Assembly: GCF_009914755.1 (NCBI RefSeq) | Contig: NC_060942.1 | Length of the DNA: 64,000 nt | Source of the DNA: the human T2T-CHM13v2.0 reference genome, Homo sapiens | Strand: one strand, 5' to 3' | In this document: one piece after another, positions 40,211 through 54,271 of the stretch | Layout: the number at the start of each line of letters is the position of its first letter | How positions within the stretch are numbered: position 1 is the stretch's first letter | Translations under genes and position numbers: made by a program | Notes under the pieces: generated by a model | The model's input: the letters and a program-made list of their open reading frames with translations, nothing else | What the model was told of the DNA's origin: nothing | The model's database searches: none

Positions 40211-41395
40211 CAGGGACTGAGGTCGAATGAAAAATGATCTTCAGAAACAGACTGTCATATGTTGGGTCAGAGCTCTACCCCTTACCATCTATAGTATGTT
40301 GTGTGGCAAATATTTTTACTCTTCACATCATTTTTGGAGGTTTTGTTGTGTTTTCCTATAGAAATTGGTGATAAAATACTTAGCTCACCAAGTTCACAGG
40401 TCGTTGAGAAGTTTACATGTGATAAACTGCAAAATGTCTCAGAGAAGGCACAGAAATGACGTTCTCTTCCACTTCCAAGATTCCGGTATTGGCCCTTAAA
40501 ATAGTTCATTCATTATAGTAATTTTATTAGATATTCTTGTATTATATTTTTCCAAGCCAAAGTATCAATCTGTCTTACCTGTCACAGTCCCTATAATATA
40601 ACCCTTAAAGGCCCATGTGCTGTAAAACTTTGTTGGTTCATGAATTTCCCAATATGAAAATCCCCTTGGAGGAGTAATACAAAATCTTTCAACAGCCCCC
40701 CGCCACCAAAAAAGGTGACTTCAGAGCAATAGAAAATTAAGTCATAGAAAAAAAGACCCAGAATATCTTACAGATGTTTGTTTTGAGTATGGGAGGAAAG
40801 AAAAGAGGTGGGTCTATAGGCGATGGTGAGTTGGATTATACAGGGAAATCAGCAGGAAAAAAAGATAATTTTTATTTCCTTTGATTTTGCAAAGATTTGA
40901 AACTAAGTTATCAAGCTGTATATTTTCTGGTCCTTAGAGCTAATTTCTTTAGGTCAAGTCTCCAATACCTACCTATCAAACCCAAGCACACACACACCTA
41001 CACACACATACAGGTAGTTAATGTACCATCTACTAAAGGTTATATGGCAGATATCTAAATTACTAAAACTGGATGTTAAACATCCTCTTCTTAAACATCC
41101 TTCACCAACCAGTTGGGTTACCATTCTTATCTATGTAGTTCAACTTTTGATAATTTTTATTGTCGTATGTGTATGTACGTGTGTGTGTGTGTGTTTCCAC
41201 CACCCACCTACCTCCATTCCTCCAACCTTGGACTCTTCTCTCTTCTACCATTTCATATCATTTTCCTACTTCTCCTTTCTGTGGAATATTTTTTTCATCA
41301 CCACTAGTGTTTTCAAAATCAGTCCTTCTTCCTTGATTATGCAGAGATGTTTAGCTTTCTACTTTCAAATTCTTTGCCATGTCTAGTGTCTAGCA

Positions 41396-41522
41396 TGTGT
41401 GTATATATATATATAAATATATGTGTATAAATATTTGTGTATGTATAAATATATGTGCATATAAATTAATATATTGTATATATAAATATATATACACACA
41501 CATATATATATACACACACACG
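41396..41522. repeat. (TA/TG/CA)n low-complexity tract
   Basis: Direct reading. Confidence 0.85.
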
Positions 41523-41884
41523 TATCTGAAAGTTTATTAACACACTACATGTAATAAAGGGGTTAACCTGCTCTAGATCTCACCAGTCAGGCAAATAAAT
41601 ATGCTAGAAAAATACTTTGACATTTCACTTTCTCCTTCCTCTATAAAAAGAGCTTGTCATTTTGCTCAACTCATTTCCCAAGATCTAGGAAATGCAATTC
41701 CATTCTGTGCCTAGAAGAATAACAGTACCAGTAACTATCACACTTAGCAGAGATGATACAGCTGAGTCATGATTCAGACTCACATTTCTCTCTGTGGGCT
41801 CTAAGCACCCTAACACACTACCCCTCTACGTGAGAAAAAGACCTTAGCTCAACCTCTAACTCACTATAATAGACAGGGGCAAAT

Positions 41885-42046
41885 CCTGGAGCAGTTTCCC
41901 AACCGGATTATGCTTAACAATCATCTGGAAGCTTTGAAAAATGGAATTCTCAGGCCATCTCCCCAGAGAGCATGATTCGGTATGGAAAAGTAGGGCTTTT
42001 TCAAAAGGCCACCTTGATCTATAGCTAGCTTTGGAAAACACTGATT
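41885..42046. mobile_element. MER5-family DNA transposon
   Basis: cagtttcccaac...aatcatctggaagctttgaaaa...ttctcaggccatctcccca...ttggaaaacactg. Confidence 0.65.
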
Positions 42047-43957
42047 TAACGAGCCTGAAGCAATTTTTTTTCTCATCTGTAAAAATGAGGTTAGAGTTAC
42101 AGAACCCTGAATGATCAAACCTGGAGTCCTTATAAAAAATACAGTCTATTGGATCTTTTTCTTACAAAATCAGATTCAGTATGTTTTGGTTCTTGGCCCT
42201 CAGCGTGTGGAGAGTGAACTAGTAGCTTCACCTAACAGCAAAATGGAGAAGTAAATTCCAGCTCAGAGAGACTCAGAAAACTTTGGAGATTGTTGTGATT
42301 AAGAAGCTTGGGGACCTCAACTAAATAATATTTCATTTTATTTTAGTTGCTGAATTATATAATCAGATGTTTTTCTAGACTATTGAATTGTAAACTACTT
42401 AAAGGCAGGAATAGATAGTATCTACAATTGTTTGCACCTTTATATACAATAGATTACTGTAGATGATCAATAGAAAATAAGAGCTTACTAATGGGAATGG
42501 AGATAGGGATTATGAAGACAGTATGGGTAGGATTTTGTCAACATAGTATACTTTTAAAATATAAATAATATTAATAAGGCAGATATGGAAAGGCAAGTGT
42601 GGCTAATCTGTCTCAGGAGAAAATAAGTCACACCTGGAAACAGATTGTATTTTTTATTCCCATTTGTTTCTCCTCACAGTGCCAAACAATGTGTTTATCT
42701 ATAGTGACTATTAAATAAATCTTTCTGAATTGTTCTCCATTGAAAGAAAGAGAGAGATAAGGCAAGGAAAAAATCCATCATGCTATGGGCATTTTGCTTA
42801 TTGGGGGTATTTTGCATTGCTTTGGATTGTCGCTTTTCAAATATAAATCAACATTCAGTCTCAAATTTTTCTCACGAAGTGAAGGAGATGTAAAAAAAAA
42901 AAAAACTTAAACTTTTGTTTACATCAGAAGATTAAATAGGCACAGTGTTAGAATATTCAATGGAGGAGCCATGATAGATAAGTTGTCAAAGAGAACTTCA
43001 GAAACCACTCAATGATTAAAAAAAAAGATAAATAAATATACAGCCTTATCTTCTGATGTGAAGTCTCTTGCAACTTCACTTTTAAATATGTATGACTAAA
43101 GCCTTACTGCTTTATCCTAGTCTTCAAACTGCAGTAAAGGAAGATCTTTTACAGGGAGTTGGTAAACCAGCACACTGAGAATGAAAATGAAGTCAAGACT
43201 CATAGATGTGTGTGTGTGTCGGGGGGTGGTGTATTTGTTAGGGGAGTGATGGAGGATACTGAGCTTAAAAGCAGCCTGTCTTTCATGGGAGGATTTCCCT
43301 GTTGCTTTGTAGTCCTAATGTGTACTGTTCAGTGTCAAAAATCTTACTCATCTTCAAGTAGCCAAATGAAGGAAAACACCTACTATCTGAGGAGCACTTC
43401 TTATTATTCAAACACTTAGAATTGTTTCGGAAAAAATGGAAAAGCTAGATGCTTGAAAGGCTTTATTTTATTCTTGTTTGAATGTTTGCTGTGAGCTAGA
43501 CAAAGAACAGCAGAGTTGACTAAAAGTGAAAGGATTAAAAATTATTTCAACATGTGTTGCTCCAGTGTTATGATATTCAAGGCCAATTTTAAGTTTTTAA
43601 AGTGAGCAGTGTGAGGAGCAGTTTATGTGCAAAACTGATATTTGCCCCCCTTCGCAAAGACTCTAAGCTGCAAAATTGAACGTTTCTATGAAAATCACAT
43701 TTTTCAGCATAGTGATGCGGTTATGAAGGACAAGGCAATTGAGTGCACTGAAAAAAGTTAATACGTTCTATTGACACTGCACTGAGAGGCCAAGTTGATC
43801 GAATTCTTTTATCCCCCAATTTAGCACCTTCTTTCTATATATCTAGAGAAATCTTCTATCACCAGGAGGTTTAAAAAGGCACAAGTCACTACACATATCC
43901 TCATGTGAAGTAGTGTGCATTTTGGTAAGAAATGCTTTTGCCCTATCCTCGTCTTCC

Positions 43958-44524
43958 TTTTTTAAACTACTTTTTCAAAGGTATGATTGTAAATATTTAA
44001 TGTATACATCTTGATGAGTTTGGTAACATGCATACACCTGTGAAACTATTCTGCCACCAAGGCCATACACAGTCATCCCTCCCTAAGATTTTATTGACCC
44101 CTTTATTATTATTATTACTATCATTATTTTTGTGTGTGATAAGAACAGTTAACATATGGCCTACCCTCTTAGCAAATTTTAAGCATATAATACAGTATTC
44201 CTAACTATAGACAGGCACTATGCTGTCTAATAAATATTCACAACTTTTTATCTTGCATAATGAAAACTTGTATCTGTTGACAATCACCTCCTCATTTTCC
44301 TCTGTTGCAAGCCTGAGAAACCACCATTCTATACTGTCCTTCTATAAGTTTGACTCTTTTAGATTCCACATATAAGTGCATGATTATATAGTATTTCTCT
44401 TTCTATTTCTGGATTATTTGGCTTAACATAATGCCCTCTGGGTCCATCTATGTTGTCACAAATGACAGAATTTCCTTCTTTATTAAGACTGAATAATATT
44501 CCATTTAAAGTATGTATCACAATT
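43958..44524 (-). mobile_element. L1MA8/9- or L1MB1-like 3' end
   Basis: ctaccctcttagcaaattttaag...ttttagattccacatataagtg...gactgaataatattccatt. Confidence 0.85.
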
Positions 44525-44644
44525 TCCAACAATCTTACTTTTGGGTATATATCCAAAGAAATCACTATCAAATTTCAGAGAGATATCTACATTCTTATAT
44601 TTATTGTAACATTAGTCATAATAGCCAAGGTATGAAAACAATCT
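44525..44644 (+). mobile_element. Inverted L1 segment (end of ORF2) abutting the minus-strand L1
   Basis: ccaacaatcttacttttgggtatatatccaaag...aatagccaaggtatgaaaacaatct in sense orientation. Confidence 0.75.
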
Positions 44645-45259
44645 CCACCTCTTAATCTAGGCCAAAGACTATCTCAAGATAAGTTAACAGCTCTGAACAC
44701 CTGGACAAAATAAAAGAATCTAACCACAAAATAATTTTTCAAAAATTGTTTTGAATTAGTTAATTTGACCTCATACAGTATTATCTCATTGGATGTTCAC
44801 TTTCTCCTCTTTTATACCTGAGACAGAGGCACAATGTCCCTCCTCTTCTTTTCTTTCATCTTCATTCAACTTAGCACCAATGACTTTAATGCTCCGACTC
44901 AGAGTAGAAAGTGTTAATGCATTCAGCAAATACTTAGTGTAGAACTACTAGGTACGAGGCACTATATGGAGAAAGAGGATGCAGAGTCTAATTTTTAGAA
45001 GTTTCTCTTCTATTAATACCCATATGCATATTTTGTATGTAACACAAAATCTGCCCCTTAATCCTATGATACATTATCATGTTAATAGTTCAATTAAAGT
45101 TATAAAATAACTAGAGAATATATTTAATAAAGGCTGGTGTAATGTATGGTACTTTTTATTTTAGTGTAGCAGAAGGCTAGCACAAAAGGTAAGATTTGGG
45201 GAAAAAAGTTCTAATTGTATTCTGCTCAATTATCACATCATGTTTATAAACATCTTTAA

Positions 45260-45430
45260 AACACACACACACACACATGCTTTAAATATATATATTTAAT
45301 ATATTAAATATATATTATATAAAAATATATTATATAAAATATATATTATATATAAAAATATATATATTATATAAAAATATATATTATATATTAAATATAT
45401 AATATATATTTAAAAATATATAAAGTGTAT
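45260..45430. repeat. (CA)n plus AT-only low-complexity tract
   Basis: About 140 bp of A/T only from 45281. Confidence 0.9.
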
Positions 45431-47299
45431 ATTTTTGGGGGAACTTCCACTTGCAGAAAACTTGTGTTAAGAATGGCAGCAGTGCTTCCGGTCCCGGACT
45501 TCTGGAATATAACTTGATATTATTCCTGTCTGTTTTTCCTTCCTTTTTTGGTTTTCTTCCTCACAAACATTTGCTGGTATCCCAAATAACATCGACAATG
45601 TGTCTGCTTTGATTTTATTCATTAATGTAATACAATTCAGGTTTGTAAGAGTTTTTATAATAGAAAACACTGTTATATACTGAAGACTGAGCTGTAAATG
45701 TATTTGTAGGTGGCACACATGTATTGTACTATATCAAATACTGAATTAAGTCATATAATTTTATTTGGAAGTAAGAAAGTAGCAGGGACAAACCAGAGAT
45801 AAAAGAAAAATCAAAATCAAGTCATGAGGAAGAGGCTGGGATTATGTTAATAAAATCTATGTCATTGTCAAAAACTGTGAGCTGCTTTGAGAGGTAATTT
45901 AGGCAATGAATATTGTTGAGGGAAGGCATGTGAATTGAGACTAGCTCTTCAACCTTGGTAGTTTTCTAGTTGAATAGCTTAGGGTTCCTCAGGGTTATTG
46001 TGGTCATTTATAAACTCGGTGAAAATTTGGAAAAATATGCCTTTGAAGTACCAGTGATGTGAAGGATTGAGTTTGTGGGGCAGTAAATGGGCACAGAGGG
46101 ACTGGCAGGAACCCAACTGACCCGGGTAACATCTCAGACCCCTGAAAAGTCAGGCCTGCTTAAATTATAAGTGGAATTCAATCCATTTGTCACATCTATT
46201 ATCAAAATTTCTGTGGGAAGTCAAACAGATGATTCTCAATTTTTCTATAGGAGAATAAACATTTAGTTGGTTGAAGTAGTAGAAACAACCAACCATTTAT
46301 TATTCCTGTGACAGACAATGGGAGAGTCCCCTTTAATTTCTCTTTTCAGTATCTATTAACTAATCAAATCTTTGTACACAAGGTTTTAAATATCCAGTAC
46401 TATGAGCATTGTATTATACTTGACCCTGAACAAATACATGGCAAGTAGATATTCTCTTTGTCACCTTGGAGGCAATGTGATAAAATGGCATCATCTCTGA
46501 CCTAGCCATAATGAACAGCAGGTTTCTCTTGTAGCCTTCTGACTTCCTTTTGATTTTGACTAATATCTGTCAGCTCCAGGCCCACAGAAGCAGTGTTTGA
46601 CTCAACTCATTTGCCAGGTTATTTACCATTGATCAAATAATTCCATATAGATAAAATCAGATCCCAGCCATAAGCCTGTATTTTCCCATCATATTAATAT
46701 AAATATTTGAGTGTTTTTAAATTAATTTAGTTATATGTAAAAAGATTGTTTCATATAATATAGGATACTAAGCAGCTATTATGAATAAACAATTTCCTAT
46801 TTCTTTTAAAATGTATATATATACACACATATAGTATTTATATATAAACTTACTGTACATATATAATGTATGTATACTTGATTTTATGTACATACATTCA
46901 TATAATGTGTGTATACTTTGTATATATGATTTTAGATTTTGGAATGGGTAAAAATTTGTGGTTAGGAACAGAGAATGATTAAGCAGCAGAGAGCTTGGAA
47001 TAAAAGATAAATTTCTCACAATTACTTTCACCTGCTGAAGCCCCATTCCTCCTTTAAAACAGCCAAAGTTTCATCAATGTTGTGAAATTTTTCAGTCACA
47101 CAACCAATAGCTTTTCTTATATTTGTGAATTTCTGAACATTATAGTACCTCTCTCAGATGTTCTTTATAGGGATTTTGCACAATATTATAGCTATTTTGA
47201 TATTATTTTGTCCTCTCCTACTACGTTTAACTATTTTTATAATAGAATCCAATGTTCAGTTTTCTTTACATTTCTCACGGCTGCTTTCTCAAACTTGGT

Positions 47300-47710
47300 G
47301 TGGTGGAGATTGCTCATTGTCCATTTGGAATAAATCAGCTTTTCTCTTCTTCCATAGTAATAGAGGTGAAGCTGGAACATGGCAGCTTTATCTGAGGCTA
47401 TGTTTGTTCCTGCGATGGAACTAACATCAATGGAATATCAGCAGATATGACATGTGCAACTTTGACTTAATTTAAGATGATTTTTCTAGCTTGGAACTTC
47501 CTATCTTTCTCCTCTGTGCCAATGGGTATGCCAGTGAGGATAGCGACTTTGGAGGCTACATGTTGAAGACATGGTTTAGAGCCAATGACATCCTGCAATT
47601 CTCACCTTGGACTGTTATGTGAAGAAAAAGTTACCTTTGCTTTTTACTTTCCTAAATCACTGATTCTGGAGAACTTTTTGTTACAGAAGTTTCACCAACA
47701 CTACTAAAAT
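47300..47710 (+). mobile_element. MLT1 (I/J-like) MaLR LTR
   Basis: tttctcttcttccatagtaatag...caatggaatatcagcaga...ccttggactgttatgtga...tttgttacag. Confidence 0.6.
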
Positions 47711-48539
47711 TGATGCGTAATAAATACTTGTTCAAATGAACAGATAGATGCTTGCATGAATGGATTCATGAACTAAAGGAATTTGAGCCTAAACACTTGG
47801 TTGGTGCCTAAAGAAGCAAAATAGAAATGGTACTATGGCACTGATTTCACAAAAGAGTTTAAAGAAGAGACAGATTCATTACTAAATTGGAAGGATGCAG
47901 TAGACTTCTTAAAAAGAAAGAAAGAAAATATTCCATGCTAGCAGTGAATAGCTTGATAAAGTAGAAGAAAATAATCTATAGCCATTGAATTCTCTAAAGT
48001 ATTATTTTTTATTATATATGTAAACCACCCATCATTACAACAGAAATATCCTGAAATTTCTCACAGATCAAGGTAAGGTCATTGTTTTTGCACTAAAAGC
48101 TATGAATAAAGTTTGAGGCTAATAATAGGTTCACAATAATTATATAACATTGTTGAATAAATAATGAGCCAGGAAGACCATGTTAGGAAAAAACTAACAT
48201 TTAGAGTGTTAGGATAAAATAAAAAAGGAAGAACTAATGTCATCTTTGGATCAATAAATTTTCACTGAAGAAGTTTTGTTTATGCTATGAACTAGAGGAA
48301 AATTTAGGTAGGCAAAGAGATGAAACAATAACTTTTTAGAGATGATGTAATAAATCCATGAGATAGAAAAGATAAAATGGCTAAGCTGGAAGAGAAGATG
48401 AGCGTGGCTACTAGGCTCCAAAGAATACCAGGAAATCAAAATGGCAATGTCGGTGGAGTCCAGTACAAGATCATTCAACTAGAATACATAGCAAACGTTG
48501 CATTTTACATTGCAAACTCAGACCCCTGCATAAACTCAC

Positions 48540-48558
48540 TCACACATACAAACACACA

Positions 48559-48599
<41 letters not shown>
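48540..48599. repeat. (CA)n microsatellite
   Basis: Direct reading. Confidence 0.95.
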
Positions 48600-48603
<4 letters not shown>

Positions 48604-48754
48604 TCTGAAATAATAATCTTAAATATGGATTATGTCCTTTGGAATGTTCTCTTCTTTCTCTTCTATTTCTTGTAAAATATTACATCAAGGGTACTAATAG
48701 GCTGCTCTCCACACATTTCAAATACTTATTTGATTTATGATAAGTATTTTTAAA

Positions 48755-48945
48755 TTCATTCTAAGCAATGGAGATTAACTGAAGGTTTTAATGAGGGAGG
48801 TGGAAGGAGGTTTGGCAGAATCAGATTTTGTTTAAAACTGTCTGTACCTTCATTGTCAGAACGGATTGGATGGAGTCAAAATAGACTCAGAGACCAATTT
48901 CTAATATTTTGACAAGAAATGACGGTGGCCTCTAACAGGATGAAA
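48755..48945 (-). mobile_element. L2 relic
   Basis: ttctaagcaatggag...gaaggttttaa...aatcagatttt...agaaatgacggtggcct. Confidence 0.6.
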
Positions 48946-51900
48946 GCATAGATGATATCATATATGATGTGAATATATAAGTGAGATAAAGAGGCAATTC
49001 TGAAAAGAATTAAGCTTCTAGGCTATATTTCAAATATATCTTTAAAGGACCTTTCCGAACAACTTGCATGGAGACAATAATCCACTTATGCATGAATGAA
49101 TTTATTCATTGATAGATTCCTTTCTTATTTCAATGAATTGTCAATGTCTGTAAGAAATTCAAAACTGGGGGTGTAAATAAACACTGAAACACTTTCTTGC
49201 AAATACAGCATGACATGTTGGAGAAAAGAGATTTGATGAAATGAGATCCCAAAGGATAAAAAAGGCTACTTTAAAAAAAAAAAAACATTGGTATGAACGA
49301 CATGGCTTCTTTCTTTGCAATACCTCCATTTCATTCTTATGAATATCAGAATTTAAGAAGCATAAGAGGAAGTGAGTCCTGTAAAGGACATGTACTATCT
49401 ATTAAGGAGGTAAAGAGAGAACAAAAGCACCATGGTATCACAGCTCCAAAGGGAAAAGTTTAAGGAAATGAGAATACTAGGTGAAGACTTATCCTAGAAC
49501 ATTAATAGATTGCACACAACCTATGTCATGGAATCTAGTTCTCAGAAGAAACTTGAAAATATTCTCTTCCTCCCTTGAACATGTGGCTATCTACTAAGAA
49601 AACAAGTATCCAAGCTTCTAACCTCATCCATGGCACATGCCTTGGATGCCTTTTTTATCAGTTTGTTTTTGTTTTTGTTTTAGCTTTTCCATTTCTTTTC
49701 CCAGCCTGTTGTATTCTTGCATCAGTATCACTTCCAGCCTTTGGACTTTGATTTCATTTTCAGCTTTATCTGTACTCTGTGGACCTGATGATAGATTTTC
49801 CTTCTCAGATTTGAGGCACAGATGATTCCCAAGCACATATTTTATTCATTCTTCTTGTCTTCTTCCTACCTTGCAAGATAACAATCCTACTTGGCCACGC
49901 AGCAGTATGTGAAATCGTGCTTTGACATGACCTGCCTTAAGAGGAGAAGAAGGACAAAGAAACAAGGTCTTCAGTGTCTGACACACTGTATGTTACCACA
50001 GCAGAACAGCCACCACAGGTGCACTCACAGATCCTCATGACTTCCACAGAGGTGAAGGAGGAAATGGTTGAAGTAATGGGGTGGGTGGGGTCAAAAAGTA
50101 TAGGCTATAATGAATTCAAGAATGGTGCACCCCCTAGAACATTACGAAATGGGGAAAGAGACAATTCTGAACATGTTTGTTCTAGTAAAAATGCAATTTC
50201 TGAAATTCTGCCTTCTTCATGCAGTTATGTTTTCCATTGTTCCAATCTGCCATACTCAGCACAATTTGTCTCTGACCCAGGTTGACATCGCAATCTTTTT
50301 AGTGCTACTGATACATGCTCATGCTCCCCTTTGGGAGGACGCTCTCTGCCCTCCTCTTTAGCCAACAAGGTATTCTAGGCACTGGTTAACCTTCACTCTT
50401 CAGGAAACCACCTGCAATGTTTTGCACCATCATTTCTCAGAATAAATGCAGTACCTTCAGCATGACACAGTATTTCTTCACAAAATGTGAACATCATCGT
50501 CATTTTTACTAATAATTTAATGTTAATACATATTTTATTCCTCAGTTAGGTTTGTTAGTGACCTGGGGAAAAGTTGACATATATTGTGACATATAAATGT
50601 TTATGAGTATGTATGTATGTATACATCTTATACATCATATATACATATATGTGTATACATAAATATATACATATATGTGTATATACAAATATATTTCCCA
50701 TATTAAATAAATAGATACAATGTTTAATATCTCTTTTTTACAGATAAACAAAATGTTGTTAAAATTCAAATGCCTTATGGATTCTCAGAAAACTTTAATT
50801 GTAGAACTGGGTCTAAAGCTTCAATTTCCTATCTTCCTCCAGAATGTTTAGGACACGGTTGAACACATGATAAACTAGAGATGTAACTGTGGAATTGAAT
50901 CTAATACATCCAAAATATAAATTAGGGTTTTTTCCTCATGGCTTGGATATGTCTTGGACATCCAGGCATAAAGCCATGGAGGGAAAACCAAATGATTTGG
51001 GAGGTAGGCATTAACCTTCAGGAGGAGAGTTGTCCCCTGAACCTCTGCCTGCCTATCTCCCTTGCCCTAAGTTTGTCATGCATGTATGTCTTTAGCCCCT
51101 TGTATGCTTTTTTGTTTTTATCTCCTTTCTGTTTCTCTGCTGTCACTCTCAGCAGGTAGCCTCACTTCCCTCACTCCCATTGCTTTATGGATTATTGATT
51201 CATTTCCTTGAAAAGCAGTAACACTGCTCTTTTCATTATTTATTAATATTATTGTTACAAATAATGTTATTATTTTACTTGCTCTCAGGGAGATTTCAAG
51301 TTCTGAAATTATTGCACATGAGTTTCTGTCTGCATATTCTACTTGCCAGAATAATCCATATGCCTCCTTTTCTGAAAATTCCCACTAGGAATGTTGGAAA
51401 CCTTACAAACTTTGATTGAGCTGCCCCAGGTCAAATTGAACATCTGGGAAAGAACTTCTGCATCAGCTGCAGTTGTGCATCCTTAAATACCCTAGTGGCC
51501 ACGTTCTAGGAGGAGGATTGGTTTGGGGTTACATTTTGTGCAAAATGTATGGATATATTTAAACATTTCATTATATGGTCCAATTAGACTGTGTCTACAT
51601 GGGCACATAATAAAGTAAAAATGTGGCAATTATCTGGTTCATTTCATCAAAGTCAACAGCCAAAGGCAGATATCTAATCTGGCAAAAAAAGGTTTTGTAA
51701 GGGAGAAGAGGGGAGAGTAAAAATAATATGAATTTGGTAATTATATTGTTTGCATGTACAGAAATGGATTCTAATTTTTTGTTACTATTTCAAAATGGAA
51801 TTATTAGATCTTGTTAGGTACAGTGAATTTTAACGATCTCTACCACAGTGCCACATGTTTCAAATAAATAAAATGCATGCTATACATTCTGTTCTTATCA

Positions 51901-53259
51901 CTCAGGTTCTCTTCTATTATCCTGGGCATATAAATCCAGACTGAGAAAAAAATAGCCATCTGAAAACTAAATTGAGTCTTGTCCAAATCTTATATAAATG
52001 ACAGTTTTGGGTACCCTCTCCAAGTTGTTTTGGTCTAATTCCTTAGTCATTAGTACCAGGAAATAGAAAAAAAAAGAAAAGAAAGAAAGAGAGAGACAGA
52101 GAAAGAAGCAGAAAAATAGATGAAGGTGTCCATGGTGTTCCTATTGCCACCATCAAAAGAAATTTTCACCATCACTTACTCAGTGTCCTTCTTTCTCATT
52201 ATTTTATCTCTACTTCCCCTTTCTATTACTTGGCTGTTAAGACCTATTACGCTTTTCTTCCTTTCCTGAAAAAAAAATTGTGTGTCTTTAGGCTCAGAAT
52301 TCCATATAGGCAGCTGGAATAGCCACTGAAAACCATAAAATAAAGAATACTGTGGATACTGAGAAGGTTGAACTAATTACACATCCTGTTTCAAGGGTTC
52401 CCTATCCTATACCTGAAGTTAAGAGGTAGAGATGAATAACCAATACACATATTCAGAATCAGTGACTTTGTATTTAAATATGACACACTTGTTCTTCCCA
52501 TCTATTTGTTTTCTTTTTTTAAGCAACGTGTATGTGGAAATATACTGATCTTGTTCTAAATTAACAATGCAACTATAAATCTTTCTGCTGCATAGGCATT
52601 GCCTCTGTGTCAGGAAGGATTGAGTTACGAAGAACCAAGTAAAATGCAATCTTCACAGCTCAGGGGAAGAGGGATATGATTATCATTTCCAAACATTTGA
52701 AAGGATTAAAGACTGGTGATGGGTGAATCTCAGAGGGCCAGAGTTGGATGCTTACCCAGAAAACTTTGGAATCACATCTCAGAGTCTGCAGAAATTGGTG
52801 GAAATCTATTGAGAATGTGCTTATGACATTTTCTCTACTATTTGCTTCCAGCCAGCCTGGAAGCCCATGCTTTAAGGTCTTGGCACTGAAGCATTAATAC
52901 TGTTTCTCCCAGGGAGAAGAAGGGGGGCTTAATAATTATAAGTGGAGGTGGCCTGCAGCAAAATTGCAGAATGGGTGAAGTTTCCGTTGGCAACTTTCCA
53001 CCTACACTCCTTAGCTATTCTAAAATCCACCAAGTTTTTAGCTTGTAAGGGACTTTGATTAATACACCTTCCAACCACATTTGCATTTTAATGGGAGACT
53101 CTTGGGAGATAGCAAGTAACAAAAGAGTCAAAGAAATAAAGTTCAAATGGTATATATTATTAGGTAGCAGTAAGTATTGGGATTTTTTTTATCCAAGGGA
53201 GACTTTTCTAATGTTCTTCTTCACTTTTCTGCTGTCTCTTTTGTTTTCTACATTGGTCT

Positions 53260-53682
53260 GGACCACAATTTCTTCCAGTCACACCTAGGCCTTACTGAAT
53301 ACTCTCAATTTCTTAAAACTGACATAATCTCTTGTCATGAAACTTCTCCTGTTGTTCCGCCTCCTACAATGCTCTTTCTTGTAATTCTGTGTCTAGGAGC
53401 TCAGAGTTGATGGCACTTCCTCTTGGAAGTCATCCCAGAGCCCCCAAGCCTAGGGAAGGGTAAAGGTTCATTGCGGTGGGATCTACAGTAATTCCTCTTA
53501 TCTTTTGCACTCATAAAGCAACTGTAAACCTGCATTTTAATTACCTCTTAAGCTCTTCTTATTTGTCCTGAACGCTCACTGAGAGTAGGAATAATGCCCC
53601 TTCACCTTCATTCTATTGTCTTCCCAGGGACGTTATAGTATTGGACATAATGTAGGTTACTCAGTATTTGTTGTCAATATTA
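53260..53682 (+). mobile_element. L2 3' region
   Basis: cacttcctcttggaagtcatcccagagccccc...tggacataatgtaggttactcagtatttgttg. Confidence 0.6.
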
Positions 53683-54271
53683 AAAAAATATTTTGCCTCT
53701 ATTCAATGCTTTTCTAGTTTATTGGCTCTTTACATACTCTGAAGAAGTACCCATGATTTGAGACAAAAGCATGTTTTAGCTGAAATATCATCTTTGTGCA
53801 TCCTAAATGACAAGTTTTCTAAGCAATGAAGGCAGAACAAATTTGAGTGAGGTAGGATGAAAGTACACATAAATATAAATGATTTTGGTTAATTCTAAAA
53901 AAAAAAAGTCTTGCTCATGAAAATCTCTCAGGTTATAAATGAGTGTTTTCACTGAAGTGGGGGTGGGGTACATAAATTCCTTTGGAAAATTATAGACTTG
54001 ACTGGCCGAGACACTAGAGAGCATCATTCAGATAATAACTCTGCAATAGGAGACACAGAGTCCTAAGCCCAACATTGGAAACTGAAAATTCAGTGACGTA
54101 AATTTATTTTCCATTTTTTGAAAATGGTCACTCTAATTCATTATTGCTTTCTTTGCCTAAGGTGTAGTCAGACAATAGTATTGTCAACCACATGCCAGAT
54201 AACCACAGAATCTCCCAACATTTCTTGAAATTTTAATATGCTGTGAAAGATAGAAAAATATTACAATTATA

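Noticed and set aside
49624-49836. Coiled-coil-looking ORF (ENEIKVQRLEVILMQEYNRLGKEMEKLKQKQ)
   Set aside because: No recognised homologue, poly(A) tail or TSD; partly driven by a (TTTTTG)n run. BLAST would be needed to revive it as a pseudogene fragment
51488-51502. CTCF-like tggccactaggg motif (minus strand)
   Set aside because: Lacks the key 3' GGC of the core motif
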